Source: Octopus sinensis
Taxonomy: Eukaryota
Length of the DNA: 64,000 nucleotides
Direction of reading: 5' to 3'
Assembly (NCBI RefSeq): GCF_006345805.1
Contig: NC_043013.1
Coordinates: 16,430,001 to 16,494,000 of the forward strand
Made by a program: the position numbers and the translations under genes. Under the pieces are notes generated by a model that worked only from the letters and a program-made list of their open reading frames with translations, had not been told where the DNA came from and did no database searches. Positions 1-12,222 of this stretch are shown here, piece by piece (position 1 is the first letter of the stretch; every line of letters begins with the position of its first letter).

Positions 1-64
1 AAGCGTTTTCGAAAGAACGTCTTACGTATCCCGCAGCGAATAATAATAATAATAATAATAAATA

Positions 65-100
<36 letters not shown>

Positions 101-299
101 CTTTTCTACTGGATGTACAAAGTTTCAAATTTGGGGGAAGGGATTAAGTCGATTACATCGACCCCAGTGCGTAACTGGTACTTATTTAATCGACCTTAAA
201 AAGATGAAAGGCAAAGTCGATCTCGGCGGAATTTGAATAATAATAATAATAATAATAATAAATAATAATAATAATAAATAATAATAATAATAATAAAAT

Positions 300-928
300 A
301 AATCATATTATCTCTGGCTACCCAGTCCTGGCTAAGAAGGAATATATTCACAGACACGACAGAGTTGGGACCTACATACATTGGAAGCTATGCCAACACT
401 CTGGAATAACAACAGAAAAAAGATGGTATAGGCACACACCAGAAAAGGTCACAGAAAACGAGAAAGCAACCATACTTTGGGATATGCCAATACACACAGA
501 TAGAAAAATTAAGGCAAATAGGCCAGAAATAGTTGTCAGAGATCATGAAGAAAAAAATGCTTTCTAATTGATGTATCAATACCAGCAGTTGACAACGTTT
601 CTCTAAAGAAATGGAAAACTTTCAAAATACAAAGACCTGGAAATAGAGGTAACTCGAATGTGGTATCTAAAAAGCAGAACAATCCTATCATAGTAGGTGC
701 ATTAGGTATGATAAAAAAAAATATTCAGAACAATACATAACAAAAACACCAGGACTTACAATATATATAACATACAGAAAATTGCACTACTGGGTATTGC
801 ACACATCCTACGCAAAACACTTTCAATACAGTAACCATAAGAGCATCACAACAAACCACAGCACATACCCAAGGCACACATAGCTGCGCTTGGTAGTGAA
901 GTGAAAGCACGCTATAAAAACAAAACTA

Positions 929-931
<3 letters not shown>
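300..931 (+). mobile_element. 5'-truncated R4/Dong-like (RLE) LINE in (TAA)n; second copy at 21001-21448
   Basis: RHDRVGTYIHW...KANRPEIVV..CFLIDVSIP...KLSKYKDLEIE restriction-like endonuclease C-terminus. Both copies end aaaactactg followed by (AAT)n. Confidence 0.85.
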
Positions 932-1003
<72 letters not shown>

Positions 1004-1005
<2 letters not shown>

Positions 1006-2185
1006 TTCTTTATTAACCACAAAGGACAAAAACATTATGGACAAAACAGGACAAATATAATGTGGAGTTATTTGAAAGTCGTGTAAACAATGAAAAACAA
1101 TAGAATTAATTGAATATAACAACAAAATTTTCCTAAAGTAGGAGACCTCTGAGAACTGCTCGTGAAAACCCCCACAGGTTCACAACAGTCCTGACCACTG
1201 GCGTTTGTACTCTTTCCGCTTTGTCTACAGGCGCAAGCTTAGAGTAGGCTCACTCACTCGAGCCATTCTTGCAATTTTCACCCACCTTTTAACAAAATTC
1301 CTGGGGTGCAGAACATCCCTCTCCATCCTCACTTTCCTTTCAAGTGAAATTTCAAAAAGTTGAGGGCTTGGCCAAAGAGAAAAGTATCTGTCTTCAGTCT
1401 TTTCAACCTAGTCCACCACACAACCTCTTTCGCTAAGGCTACCAGGAAAAGAAAAACACCCTGCCCTTCCTCACCGTAGGAAGGCGGCGGGACTGTTCTC
1501 ACAATGAATTCAGCTGATAACCGGATTCGTCCTAACCGTGTCAGCAGGTGTTCGACATAAACCTACAAGTCAAAAATACTCGGGTACTGGACGAGAGCAT
1601 GCAGAACGGTTTCGTCGCTCTGCGTACATCTCTGGCAAGCCCGGCTGATTGCATTTCCGTGCCTGTAGAACGTCGTCGCACTTATCCGTCACTAACTCTT
1701 TGTAGAACGCCATAGTAGACTTGTCACAGATCGCATTGCCCGACTGACAGGCGCTCCTCCTCGGACTATGCTTGATCCAGGACTGCAGCTCAGTCAAAGA
1801 CACAAGCTGTGAGAAATCGCATCAGACAAACAGCAACCTACTCACCGTCTAGGAGGCGCTGGAAATGTTGCGGCCTCTGCGTATCAATAGCCACGGCATA
1901 CCCAGCCCTCAATTTAGCAGGTGTTGACAGCAATTAGAGAGCCTGACCACAAAAAGCGATATAGTTGGCGCTCCAGTTTGGTCAGATTTGAACTGGGACA
2001 GGGCACGACGGTGAGACGGTAGTAGATGACGGATGCGATGTAAGCAGTCGCCACCTCCATCCGACCTTTCAGGGATAGCTTTTTCTCAGCCCATTTCTGG
2101 ACGAGATTGGCCACCCTGCTCGCTCCCTCGTCGCAGTTCTTCTCCACCTGGAAGTCTGGACCGAACCAGATCCCGAGCAATTTGC
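1004..2185 (-). mobile_element. Tx1-like LINE, 3' part of ORF2 and 3' end
   Basis: LGIWFGPDFQVEKN...LSLKGRMEVA...YYRLTVVPCP, then YVEHLL...AKEVVWWTRLK. The 3' end aataaagaaat runs into (ATT)n. Confidence 0.85.
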
Positions 2186-2959
2186 TGTTTGTTGCATGGA
2201 AGGCATAGCTGTTGGTGAGTTGTTGATTTTGTTTGTTGTTGTTGCTTCCACTGTTGTTGTTCTTATTCTTGTTATTGTTGCTGTTGTTGTTGCTGCTGTT
2301 GCTGTTGAGCGAACGGTCTTCGTCCCAGAGCTCGCAAGATGGGAGAAGTCCGAAACGTGGTCCTTTGCTATTCGTAAGACCCGCAGAAGAGGAAGCAAGT
2401 CAACCCCGACACCGAGAGCATCAACGGATGGAAGAATGCGCATCCAGGCTCAGCGGCTGCGTAGGAAGTCGAGGACAAGAAACAGGAAGAAAGAGTGAGA
2501 GAAAGTTGGGGTGAAAGTGTACAACAGGGGTCGCCACCACCCCCTGCCGGAACCTCGTGGAGCTTTAGGTGTTTTCGCTCAATAAACACACACAACGCCC
2601 GGTCTGGGAATCAAAACCGCGATCCTCCGACCGCGAGTCCGCTGCCCTAACCACTGGGCCATTGCGCCTCCACTTGTTGCTGCTGCTGTGATTGGTGTTG
2701 CTGCTGCTGTTACTGTTGTTTTTGCTGCTCCAGTGGCTTCCTGCCTCTGCTGGTACTGTTGCTGTTGCTTTTGTTGCTGTGATTTTTGTGTTGGAGGTGT
2801 CTGCAGCAGTACCATTTTTTTTCTTTTGATTGTCCAGGACAGAAAGCCTTTAAGTAGTTTGTTTGGCTACAAATGTGGAATCTGGGTTTTCTGCCCTCTA
2901 CCGATACAAATAATTTTAAACCTCCAGTGAGCTCGATGATATCTAGCATCTCTTGTGCG

Positions 2960-3950
2960 GTTTCGAAATTCGCATCCAATAAGATTTTTTGTGCGTGTGT
3001 GTGTGTGTCCTTGTTTCAAGAATACAAATCTCTCTTCTACGCCGTACTATACGGCCGCTGTCAGTAAGAATATGTCTACTTCTGGTGGAGCCTCCGCTAG
3101 CTTCACTCTGACAACTCTTCGACTGAGGTATGTGGGAATTATTAGTAATTCCTCGGTCTTCAAGGTTATCGTGGAATTTTCTTTGGCCAGTTGTTCACTT
3201 GTGAATCTCGCCTCTACTGTGCCAAAGCTTTTACCACGTGTGACGTAAAATGTTTGGTTCCATACAAACCTCAGACATTATTCGGTTTGAGCCTGCGTAG
3301 CTCTTTCTATCTTGCGCGTTTTCAATGATATACATCTGTATATAATGGTACTCCTCCCTGTCTCTTCCTACACCTCCTCTGGTGTGTTCAGGTGGACTAT
3401 CCTTTCAGTTCTTGCTAGACTTTTTTTTTTGCATCTAACAATTTCTGACAGTTGCACCTCTTCCATCGTGCGGCACATTTCGGCAAATCTATTTTGTGCT
3501 TGTTTAGAAGAAGCAAGCAACGTTGTTACTCTGAAAAAAATTTTTTATTTCTTTGTTTGACGTGGTAGTGACGGCGGTGGTGAAATCTGCAGGTGTTTCA
3601 CGTGAAAGAATTCTTTTTTCTTTCTCTCCACTTTACCCCACAGTGGTAGTAGCGGTGTTAGTGACCTCCTACTCCGCTCCCTTCTTCATGCCTCCGACGG
3701 TGTCCATGGTGTTGTTGTAGGCAGTGGTGGTGCTGCCGCTGTTCACATTGTTGCTGTCGTCGTCGCCGCCGTCATTATAGTTTTTGCTGGTACTCTTGCA
3801 CTTGTTACTGTCGTCGTCGTAGCAACAAGGGGAACTTTTATTTCTCTTTGGTGAGAAATTAATTTCGCCTTCGCCTGTGTTTCTGTTCAGAGTATCAACT
3901 AAAGGCACAAGGTACTTAATTTATCTAACCCAAAAGAAACAAGTCGAGCT
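2960..3950 (-). mobile_element. Tx1-like ORF1 fragments (a knuckle CYLCGDKNH also at about 4850-4960)
   Basis: LLIIPTYLSRRVVRVKL resembles LVIIPHYMGKMLTRI of the ORF1 at about 52250. Low-complexity leader. Confidence 0.45.
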
Positions 3951-4409
3951 CGGCGAAATTTGAACTCAGAACGTAGCGGCAGACAAAATACCTTATTTCT
4001 TTACTGCCCACAAGGGGCTACACACAGAGGGGACAAACAAGGACAGACAAACGGATTAAGTCGATTATATCGACCCCAGTGCGCAACTGGTACTTAATTT
4101 ATCGATCCCGAAAGGATGAAAGGCAAAGTAGACCTCGGCGGAATTTGAGCTCAGAACGTAACGGCAGACGAAATGCCTATTTCTTTACTACCCACAAGGG
4201 CTAAACACAGAGGGGACAAACAAGGACAGACAAACGGATTAAGTCGATTACATCTACCCCAGTGCGTAACTGGTACTTATTTAATCGACCCCGAAAAGAT
4301 GAAAGGCAAAGTCGACCTCGGCGGAATTTGAACTCAGAACGTAGCGGCAGACGAAATACCGCTAAGCATTTCTCCCGGCGTGCTAACGATTCTGCTAGAT
4401 CGCCGCCTT
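3911..4409 (-). mobile_element. tRNA-derived SINE family 1 (tail a), head-to-tail concatemer
   Basis: Head aaggcggcgagctggcagaatcgttagc with B-box gttcaaattcc, and tail gtcccctctgtgtttagccccttgtggg(c/t)agtaaagaaata. Other tail-a copies at about 6685-6920 and 39059-39276. Confidence 0.85.
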
Positions 4410-4992
4410 CAAAATAATTATAATAATCCTTACTATTATAGGCACAAGATCTGAAATTTTGTGGGAGGGAGCTAAGCGATTACGTCGATCCCAGTGCGTA
4501 ACTGGTACTTATTTCATCGACTCCGAAAGGATGAAAACAAAGTCGGCCTCGGTTCGGAACATAAAGATGGTCGAAATGACGGTAAGCATTTTACCCGGTG
4601 TGCTTACGATTCTGCTGTTGGTGGTATTGATGTTGTTTGTGCCTCAGTGACTGCTGGAGGCAACATCGCTGTTGCTGTTGCAGGTGGTGGTGGTGGTGGT
4701 GGTGGTGATAGCGCTAGTGCTGCCTTTGGTGTATTTGCTGCTGCTGCACCTGCTGCTGCTGCTGTTGTTGCAGCGCTGAAGGTGACACTAACATTGGTGT
4801 TAGTAGCAGTGCTGGCCGCTCCTTTTTTTTCTCTGTTTGGGACAAGAGACCTAGAGGTGGTTTTTGTCACCACAGAGGTAACACATCGGCCTTCCGCCCT
4901 CTACGACGACGTGCAGTTTTGTGCCGTCCGGAGCTAAAAGAAACATGTTTTCACTCGCCGACAACAACAACAACAATAAAAATAATACTAAC

Positions 4993-5032
<40 letters not shown>

Positions 5033-5354
5033 ATAATAATAATAATAATAATAATGATTGAAAATTATTTGAGAATGATCCTTGGCTTACCAGCCGTGCA
5101 AGAAGTACAAAAGATTGTTTTAACTGGTACGTCAGGCGTATTGAGAAGAGCATATATGCTGTGAGAACGATTACAATCCATGTGGTCTTTGTTTTCCTTT
5201 TTCCTTTTTTCTTTTTCTCTGCCTTTTATTTTTCTCACATAACTTGATTTTGTAAATGAATAATCTGGTGTGTTTATGTTAATGGTCTATCAATGTATCA
5301 AATAAACTTCTTAGTCCCAGACAGAAGAAAGAAGAAAAACTCACTATAATAATG

Positions 5355-5394
<40 letters not shown>

Positions 5395-5397
<3 letters not shown>

Positions 5398-5900
5398 CTG
5401 GAGCTTCACATAAAAAGATTGGGGACTGGGGGAATAGGGTGCGACTGAAACTTGTAAACAAAAAATAACAATATAAATTCTAATAAATTAAATCCTCAAA
5501 AGAAAGAGACTTCTAAGGGCTGCTTGAGAAAACCCCACAAAAACCACGATCTCCCTAACAATTAGGGAAAGTGCCCACTCCTCGATCTAGAGGCGCATGC
5601 TTAGAGCAGACCCGTTCATTCGGGCTATTCCTGCTACATTCACTCATCTTTTAACAAATTTGCTGGGAAGCAGCACTTCCCTCCTTCATTTTCCTTTTCA
5701 AGGGAAACTTGAAGAAGTTGATGAGGGCTTGGCCAAAAAGGAAAATGTCAGTCTTTAACCCTTTCAAATTGGTCCACCGGCTGATATTAAAACCTGTAAT
5801 AGCAACTAGACTTTTATTTTTACTGTCTGTCACAATATTTTGCTGTGCTTCGTTTAAAATCATGCAACAGATTTCCACTCCCACATTCATTTCTGTCAAC
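5395..5900 (-). mobile_element. Tx1-like LINE 3' fragment
   Basis: RWTNLKGLKTDIFLFGQALINFFKFPLKRK, homologous to 1300-1450 and 26450-26740. Confidence 0.8.
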
Positions 5901-7042
5901 ACTCTCTTTGCCCCTCCCTATCTTTCTATGCCTCTTGCATAGTTGATGCCTTTGCACTTTACATGTTTATATCTCTCTCTCTCTCTCTCTTTCAACTTTC
6001 GACCTCTATCTTCAACTAACCACAAAACGTAATTTGCCTCTTAGCGATAACACTCTACTCTCTCCTTTTTTAAACTAACCACATGACAGCGTCACACATT
6101 CGGTCTTAATGTAATAACTGTTATTCCTTTTCTATGTCATGTTGTTAACACTTCTCACTCTTCCTTTTTTTCTCTCGCACTTCACCCCCCCCCCTCCAAC
6201 TAATCACTCGATATCGTAACGCATTCAACCACGGCGTATTAATATATAGGTTCTCAATGGTCACTGTTGTCTAATTCGCACATGTTTACATTTTCTATAT
6301 AATTACTTTGTTTCAGTATGCTGTAACTGAACCCATGCTAGTTCTACAACCATAGGCAACTAAGGCAATAAATAACTTTTACATTTATTTGTGCATTCAC
6401 GCATTATGTAATTTAAGTAATTTATTTAAATTAAGCAAGTTATCACTCAGGGTTGGAGAGATAGGGAAAAGTAATTATTTATTAAAATACACGTGAATTT
6501 ATTTACATTTAAATAAACATTGACATGCAATTTATATAATGAATATGATTTACAAAAGAAATCAATAAAAATCAATAATTAATAACATTGCAATTATTTT
6601 TTTTTTTGTTTGAGATACCAGTATAATTATTACGTCATTGTATCATTTAAACCATGAAACCATTAATTATCATTATCATAATATCTAATTCTTTACTACC
6701 CACAAGGGGCCACAAGGGGCCACACACAGAGGGGACAAACAAGGACAGACAAACGGATTAAGTCGATTATATCGACCCAAGTGCGTAACAGGTACTTAAT
6801 TTATCGACCATGAAAGGATGAAAGGCAAAGTCGACCTCGGCGGAATTTGAACTCAGAATATAGCGGCGGCTACGCATTTCGCCCGGCGCGCTAGCGTTTC
6901 TGCCAGCTCGCCGCCTTTCATTATCATGATATCATTAATTTAATACTTCCTGATCTACAGTGTTTTTTATGATTGTTTTTCCTCTTTTGTTTTCCTTTCC
7001 TAATGGTATTTACTACTTTAAGAACAATATCATTTAGTTTCC

Positions 7043-7860
7043 TGGCCCTGAAAAATACAATATATAACTATCCCTGACTAAGTACTGGTTGGGGTATGTA
7101 AAACCCTATCCTATTGAATATTACACCTCGTGCTTTATTAATTGTCATTAAATAAGATAATCTAATGGGAAACTGAGTCCTTTGTAATATAAAAAGTAAA
7201 TCTGATTCGCTGGGTATCAGTTGAACTCGAGGTATCAATGCTCACCTACCCGCCAAAGTCCCACCGACTCGCAAGCCTTCAATCCAACTACGATGTCATA
7301 TTTTGTTACTAGTGGAAAAATAGGTAACACTTGTCTATAATCCCCTCACAATAAGATGATCTTTCCTCCAAAAATGCTATTGATACTAGTAATTTTGAAG
7401 GCATCTACGAACGGCATGAATGTGCAAATGTTAGTATCATAGATGCTTCATCAATGTGAATTAAATCTTGATCTCTTAAGAAATGAACTTGCTCAGATGC
7501 AGGTGATATATTACAAATGCTTATATCACTTAAGGATACTGGTAATTTACATAAAGTATGTGAAGTTTTACCACCTAACAATAATTTACTAGCACTTATG
7601 TATTAAAATTGTTGTTCCTAAGATGAGAGATGATAATGTTTGGAAATTTTTATAGCATCATCCAGGAACATCGATATGAAAACAACTACATTCTGGAATT
7701 TCTCTCTTTCTCTTCTTTGCAACTGCAGATATTACCACATCAGCCATTAGTCTTTGTTCCTTATTCAGATTATATAAGTTAATAGAATATACTTGAGGTT
7801 CCTGTTCATTTATATCCCTACATTCTCCTTGACGTTGCGATAGTCCTATTCTCTGACATT
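7043..7860 (-). mobile_element. Helitron PIF1-like helicase remnant
   Basis: Minus-strand fragments LNKEQR, LLGGKTSH, IHIDEASM, FGGKIILL*GDYRQVLP, LIPRVQLIPS, QRTQFPIRLSYLMTINKARG and PVLSQG*LY, with stops and an internal deletion. Confidence 0.85.
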
Positions 7861-7892
7861 ATGTCTCATTTTCAATTAAAACTTTATTTCAT

Positions 7893-8150
7893 CATCATCA
7901 TCATTGTTCGACCGTGGTAGAGAAAATGGAATTTACTATGTTACGCCAGACTTCACGGTCCATCATAGCATTACGGAGGTCCTGTTGCTGGATGCCTGTA
8001 TCCCTGGAGATTATATCAAGGTAGGAGAGTGTGCGCCCTCTGGCATCGCGAGCAGATGGCTTCCAGAGGAGAAGAGTAGAAATTACCTCGTTTTCAGCTC
8101 AACAACAATGTCCAGCAAACTGGACTCTTCTACCTTTCACAAGAGATGAT
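7893..8150 (-). mobile_element. RTE-clade LINE 3' end with (GAT)n tail
   Basis: Minus strand reads RRVQFAGHC..ISTLLLWKPS..GRTLSYLDIISRDTG..DLRNAMMDREVWR, then gatgatgat. Confidence 0.75.
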
Positions 8151-8824
8151 ACAGGTGGTAGTTTCCCATATATTTATACTTTATTTAAGAGATGAAGAGC
8201 GGAGTTTTCTGCATCTTCTCTTTCCTAACCTCTACCTAAAACAAAAATCTTCTATCATTTATTCTTCAAAGAATGCCAAAGGTGAATAACATAAAGAGGA
8301 TTACAAAAGGCACAAATAATTGCGAAGTTATGACGCCATTCTAAATGTTCTTCTATTGAGTTTTCAAACTCACAGTCATTTTCTACTAACCTGAGCCATA
8401 AGCAAGCATTTTTAAAAGTTGCTATAATTACCTCGTGGGCCTACTATATTGTTTCAAGCGGATATTATACACATTTGTACATTGTCCTACATGTACTTGT
8501 GATTGTCCCAAAGCACGGTTTCTTGAGCGATAAGCATTGCACCAACGTATGCTCAGCAATATTGAATATGGATAATTTATTCAATTAATACGCATAGATT
8601 GGCCATACCAGTAGGTACTGTTTATCCAGGTAATATGCATAAATTGATCACGCAGTTATTGACCGTGATAGACGCATAATGTACTATGGACATCATTATA
8701 CTGTTTAAAGAAATTAATGTTGTATTATTAACATGTTGCATCTCTGTTTGAAAACACAAGGTAAATGCCGCGGTCAATTCATGCGGGAGTGTATCTGTGT
8801 GTCCGACTTTAGTGTGGCTGCCAA

Positions 8825-8894
<70 letters not shown>

Positions 8895-9735
8895 CCAGTA
8901 TTTATGTCTGCGCCATTATGAACAGGTGCAGGTGTATGTATAGGGAAATGTATATATGTGTGTGCGTGTGTATATATACATATGTATATGCGTGTGTGTA
9001 TGTATGTATATATATATGTATCTATATATAGGCATACATATATATGAACACTAGTGTGTTGATATCGGTTGCGAAATCACGCCGGTTCAATCATGAGTAA
9101 CGTCTTAGGTGTATACGAGATAGTTATATCCGGCCGCCAAATTCTACACATGGCCGGAGTCTGTCGATGTCCTTTGTTCGCCTCTAACGAGATTGTCTTA
9201 TATTATATGACTTTATTTGATATCTGCTTATCTGTAACTGCGCGAGTGAGTGTCTCTCTGTCTAAGAGACCTTGGGTGTATGTATGCGTGGCTATATATG
9301 TGTGTGTTTTCATCAAAATGCATGTACTTATCAAAATAAGCCGTTCTACAATAGGCACAAGGCCTGAAATTTGGGGGAAAGGGATAGTCGATTACATTGA
9401 CCCCAGAACTCAACGTGTACTTATCGACCCCGAAAGGATGAAAGACAAAGTCGACCTCGGCGTAATTTGAACTCAGAACGTAACGGCAGACGAAATACCG
9501 CTAAGCATCTCGCCCGGCGTGCTAACGTTTCTGCCAGCTCGCCATTATTTTTCGTCATTTATTTTCGAGTAACTATATATAGACCCATTAACTGTATATA
9601 TAAAGAACAAACCTTATCTTGTCCATGTCATTCGAAATCTCGAAGCCTATAGGCAACCACCTACAGACAAATAACCACATGCTGTTTAATCGAACCAAGC
9701 GAAACTAAGTTTATTGAACGAAATGCATTTTGGTA

Positions 9736-9822
9736 AGTCACCTGACGAGACTCATCTACATCAAACGATGCAGCATAACCGCAAGGGATCGATGCAAGGT
9801 GGTCGAAACGATCGTTGTGATT
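9736..9822 (+). ncRNA. Type I hammerhead ribozyme motif
   Basis: agtcac-CTGACGA-gac...gtc-GAAAC-gatc-GTT-gtgatt. Stem I pairs at 6/6 (one G-U), stem II is closed by gac/gtc, and stem III is the palindrome aacgatcgtt. Confidence 0.8.
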
Positions 9823-9927
9823 AATAATGAACCTCGTGAATTGCCTTTTCTTTCCCTCGTTTGTTACACACACACACACACATCGTATATTTGTGTGTGT
9901 ATGTGTGTGCGTGCGTTTTTGTGTGTG

Positions 9928-9966
<39 letters not shown>

Positions 9967-10683
9967 TGTGTGTGTGTGTGTCTGTGTGTGTGTGTGAAAC
10001 TGATAAACTACATAAAATTTACGGTAAAAAATTTGCTGTTTTACCATGAAGAAAATACTAGCGTCTTCAGAGCAAAACATTTGAATGTAGTTGGCCTGTC
10101 TTTAGTGACTCCGACTGTCACTCCACACTCCTCAGTGGCACAACGTGACACAGGGCGTTTTATTATTTGTAACAACATATCAATTTTCAAGCGAGGAGAC
10201 GACAGATAACTGCACTAATGTGCACGTGTTAAGTGATAAACGATATTAAAAAATTCAGTTCAATGTAATAAAATTTTTAAAAAAACTACACTTTCACCGC
10301 CAACATCACCACTAGCGCCATGATAGTTTTCCATAACAAAGCTCAGTCAAAGTTGTTTGACAACCAAAGTTTATTTTCATTTCAATTCAATCTTTTTTTC
10401 TTGCTGTCGATGTATTTATCGGACAATACAAACTTCGAACAGCAAATTGAAAGAAAAATAATAATAACGTCATCGGTTATTTTGCCCCAAAAATAATAAC
10501 ACCCACAACTATTTGGCTAAGTTATTTCATTTTCATTGAAAACTAAGATCTATGATAAGTTTATTATCTCCAACCATTTGTTAGAGAGACAAACTGATCA
10601 ACAGACAGAAGATATAAAAAAATTGAGTATTAAAATGGCATTCTGTTGTCACAATAATATGTTTTAAATTCCCATCAGCTAAA

Positions 10684-10722
<39 letters not shown>

Positions 10723-10763
10723 ACTCTCTCTCTCTCTATCTATCTCTCTCTCTCTTTCTCTCT

Positions 10764-11369
10764 GGGACAGTGAAACTGTCCTGCACGCGATTGTGCAATG
10801 CCCCAAGGTGACTGAACTCTGGGCTTATGTCGAACACCTGCTGTCGCATTCGAAAAGAGTACAACTGTCAAGCGAATCTGTAATGAAGATAGTTCCGCCG
10901 ACCTCCCTGAATAGGGAGGAGCGAGCCTGTTTTCTCTCGGTAGTTGCTATGGCGAAAGAAGTAGTGTGGAAGACGAGAGTAAAAGGAATTGCAACGGGCA
11001 TGTTTATCTCCAGTCTCGAGCTAATCGACTTTTTCGTTTTCCACATGAAACGGAAAATAAGGCTGGAGAAGAAATGCCTGTCGCAAAGTGTGTTTCGTAA
11101 AAGATGGAAGTCTATAGCAAGTATGTTGCGAGTGAAAGAACCTGTTTAATCAAGAATGTGAAAAAGGAGAAAGCAAAGCCTTCAGTATGAGTATGTGGTT
11201 TGTGGGGTCAACCGTGTCCTCCGCTTCATTTTTTTGTTATTCACTCATTCTCATTTAATTGTATATATTTTAATTGTTTGTTTATTCATGTTTCGTCTCA
11301 TTCGATACCCTGACCCCAACGTTTGTTTTGTCCCCTCTTTTTCTCAACCTTATGGTGAATAAAGAAATA
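10764..11369 (+). mobile_element. 5'-truncated Tx1-like LINE flanked on both sides by (TC)n
   Basis: QCPKVTELWAYVEHLL...AKEVVWKTRVKG C-terminus. The 3' end gtgaataaagaaata is followed by (CT)n, and (TC)n also precedes 10764. Confidence 0.85.
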
Positions 11370-11430
<61 letters not shown>

Positions 11431-11899
11431 TCTTTTTGAAGTTCATCACCCCCACTTCTTTCTCTATATAACTTCTTTCAACTAACTTTTTAACCAGGTA
11501 ATAAATATTACCTTCCCTCTACCTTGCGTTCTTTCTTTCTCTTTCTCTTTCTCTTCTCTCACTTCCGCTAACCATATAAATGGATAGGCTGGCAATAAGA
11601 CCACTACTCTCTCTCTCTCTCTCTCTCTCTCCACCCATCTATCTCCCTCTCCCTCCCTCTCCTTCTCTCTATCTCCCTCCCTCTCCTTCTCTCTATCTCC
11701 CTCCCTCTCTCTCTATCTCCCTCTCTCCCACTCTCTCTCTATCTCCCTCTCTCCCTCTCCCTCTCTCCATCTCTCTCTCCCTCTCTCTTTGCCTTTCTTT
11801 AACCGCACCACCACACCATCCCTCTGCTAAACATTGTATTTCTTACTCTCTCCACGTCACTCTTCGACAAACTTTTTTTTAACAACTTAGTATATTTAT

Positions 11900-12222
11900 T
11901 ACGTTAGCCTTACCTCACGTCGTTGACACCTCTCTCCTCCTCTCTCTCTCCTTTCTCTCTCCTCCTTTCTCTCCTCTCCTTTCTCTCTCCTCCTTTCTCT
12001 CCTCTCCTTTCTCTCCTCTCCTGTCTCTCTTCTCCTTTCTCTCTCCTCCTTTCTCTCCCCTCCTTTCTCTCCTCTCCTTTCTCTCCTCTCCTTTCTCTCT
12101 TCTCCTTTCTCTCTCCTCCTTTCTCTCCTCTCCTTTCTCTCTCTCCTCCTTTCTCTCCTCTCCTTTCTCTCTCCTCCTTTCTCTCTCCTCCTTTCTCTCT
12201 CGCTCTTCGCCTTTCCCTTCAA
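11900..12222. repeat. Pure polypyrimidine/polypurine (T/C) minisatellite
   Basis: Variant units of ctctcctcctttctctcctctcctttct. A similar T/C tract lies at 11605-11800. Confidence 0.9.
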
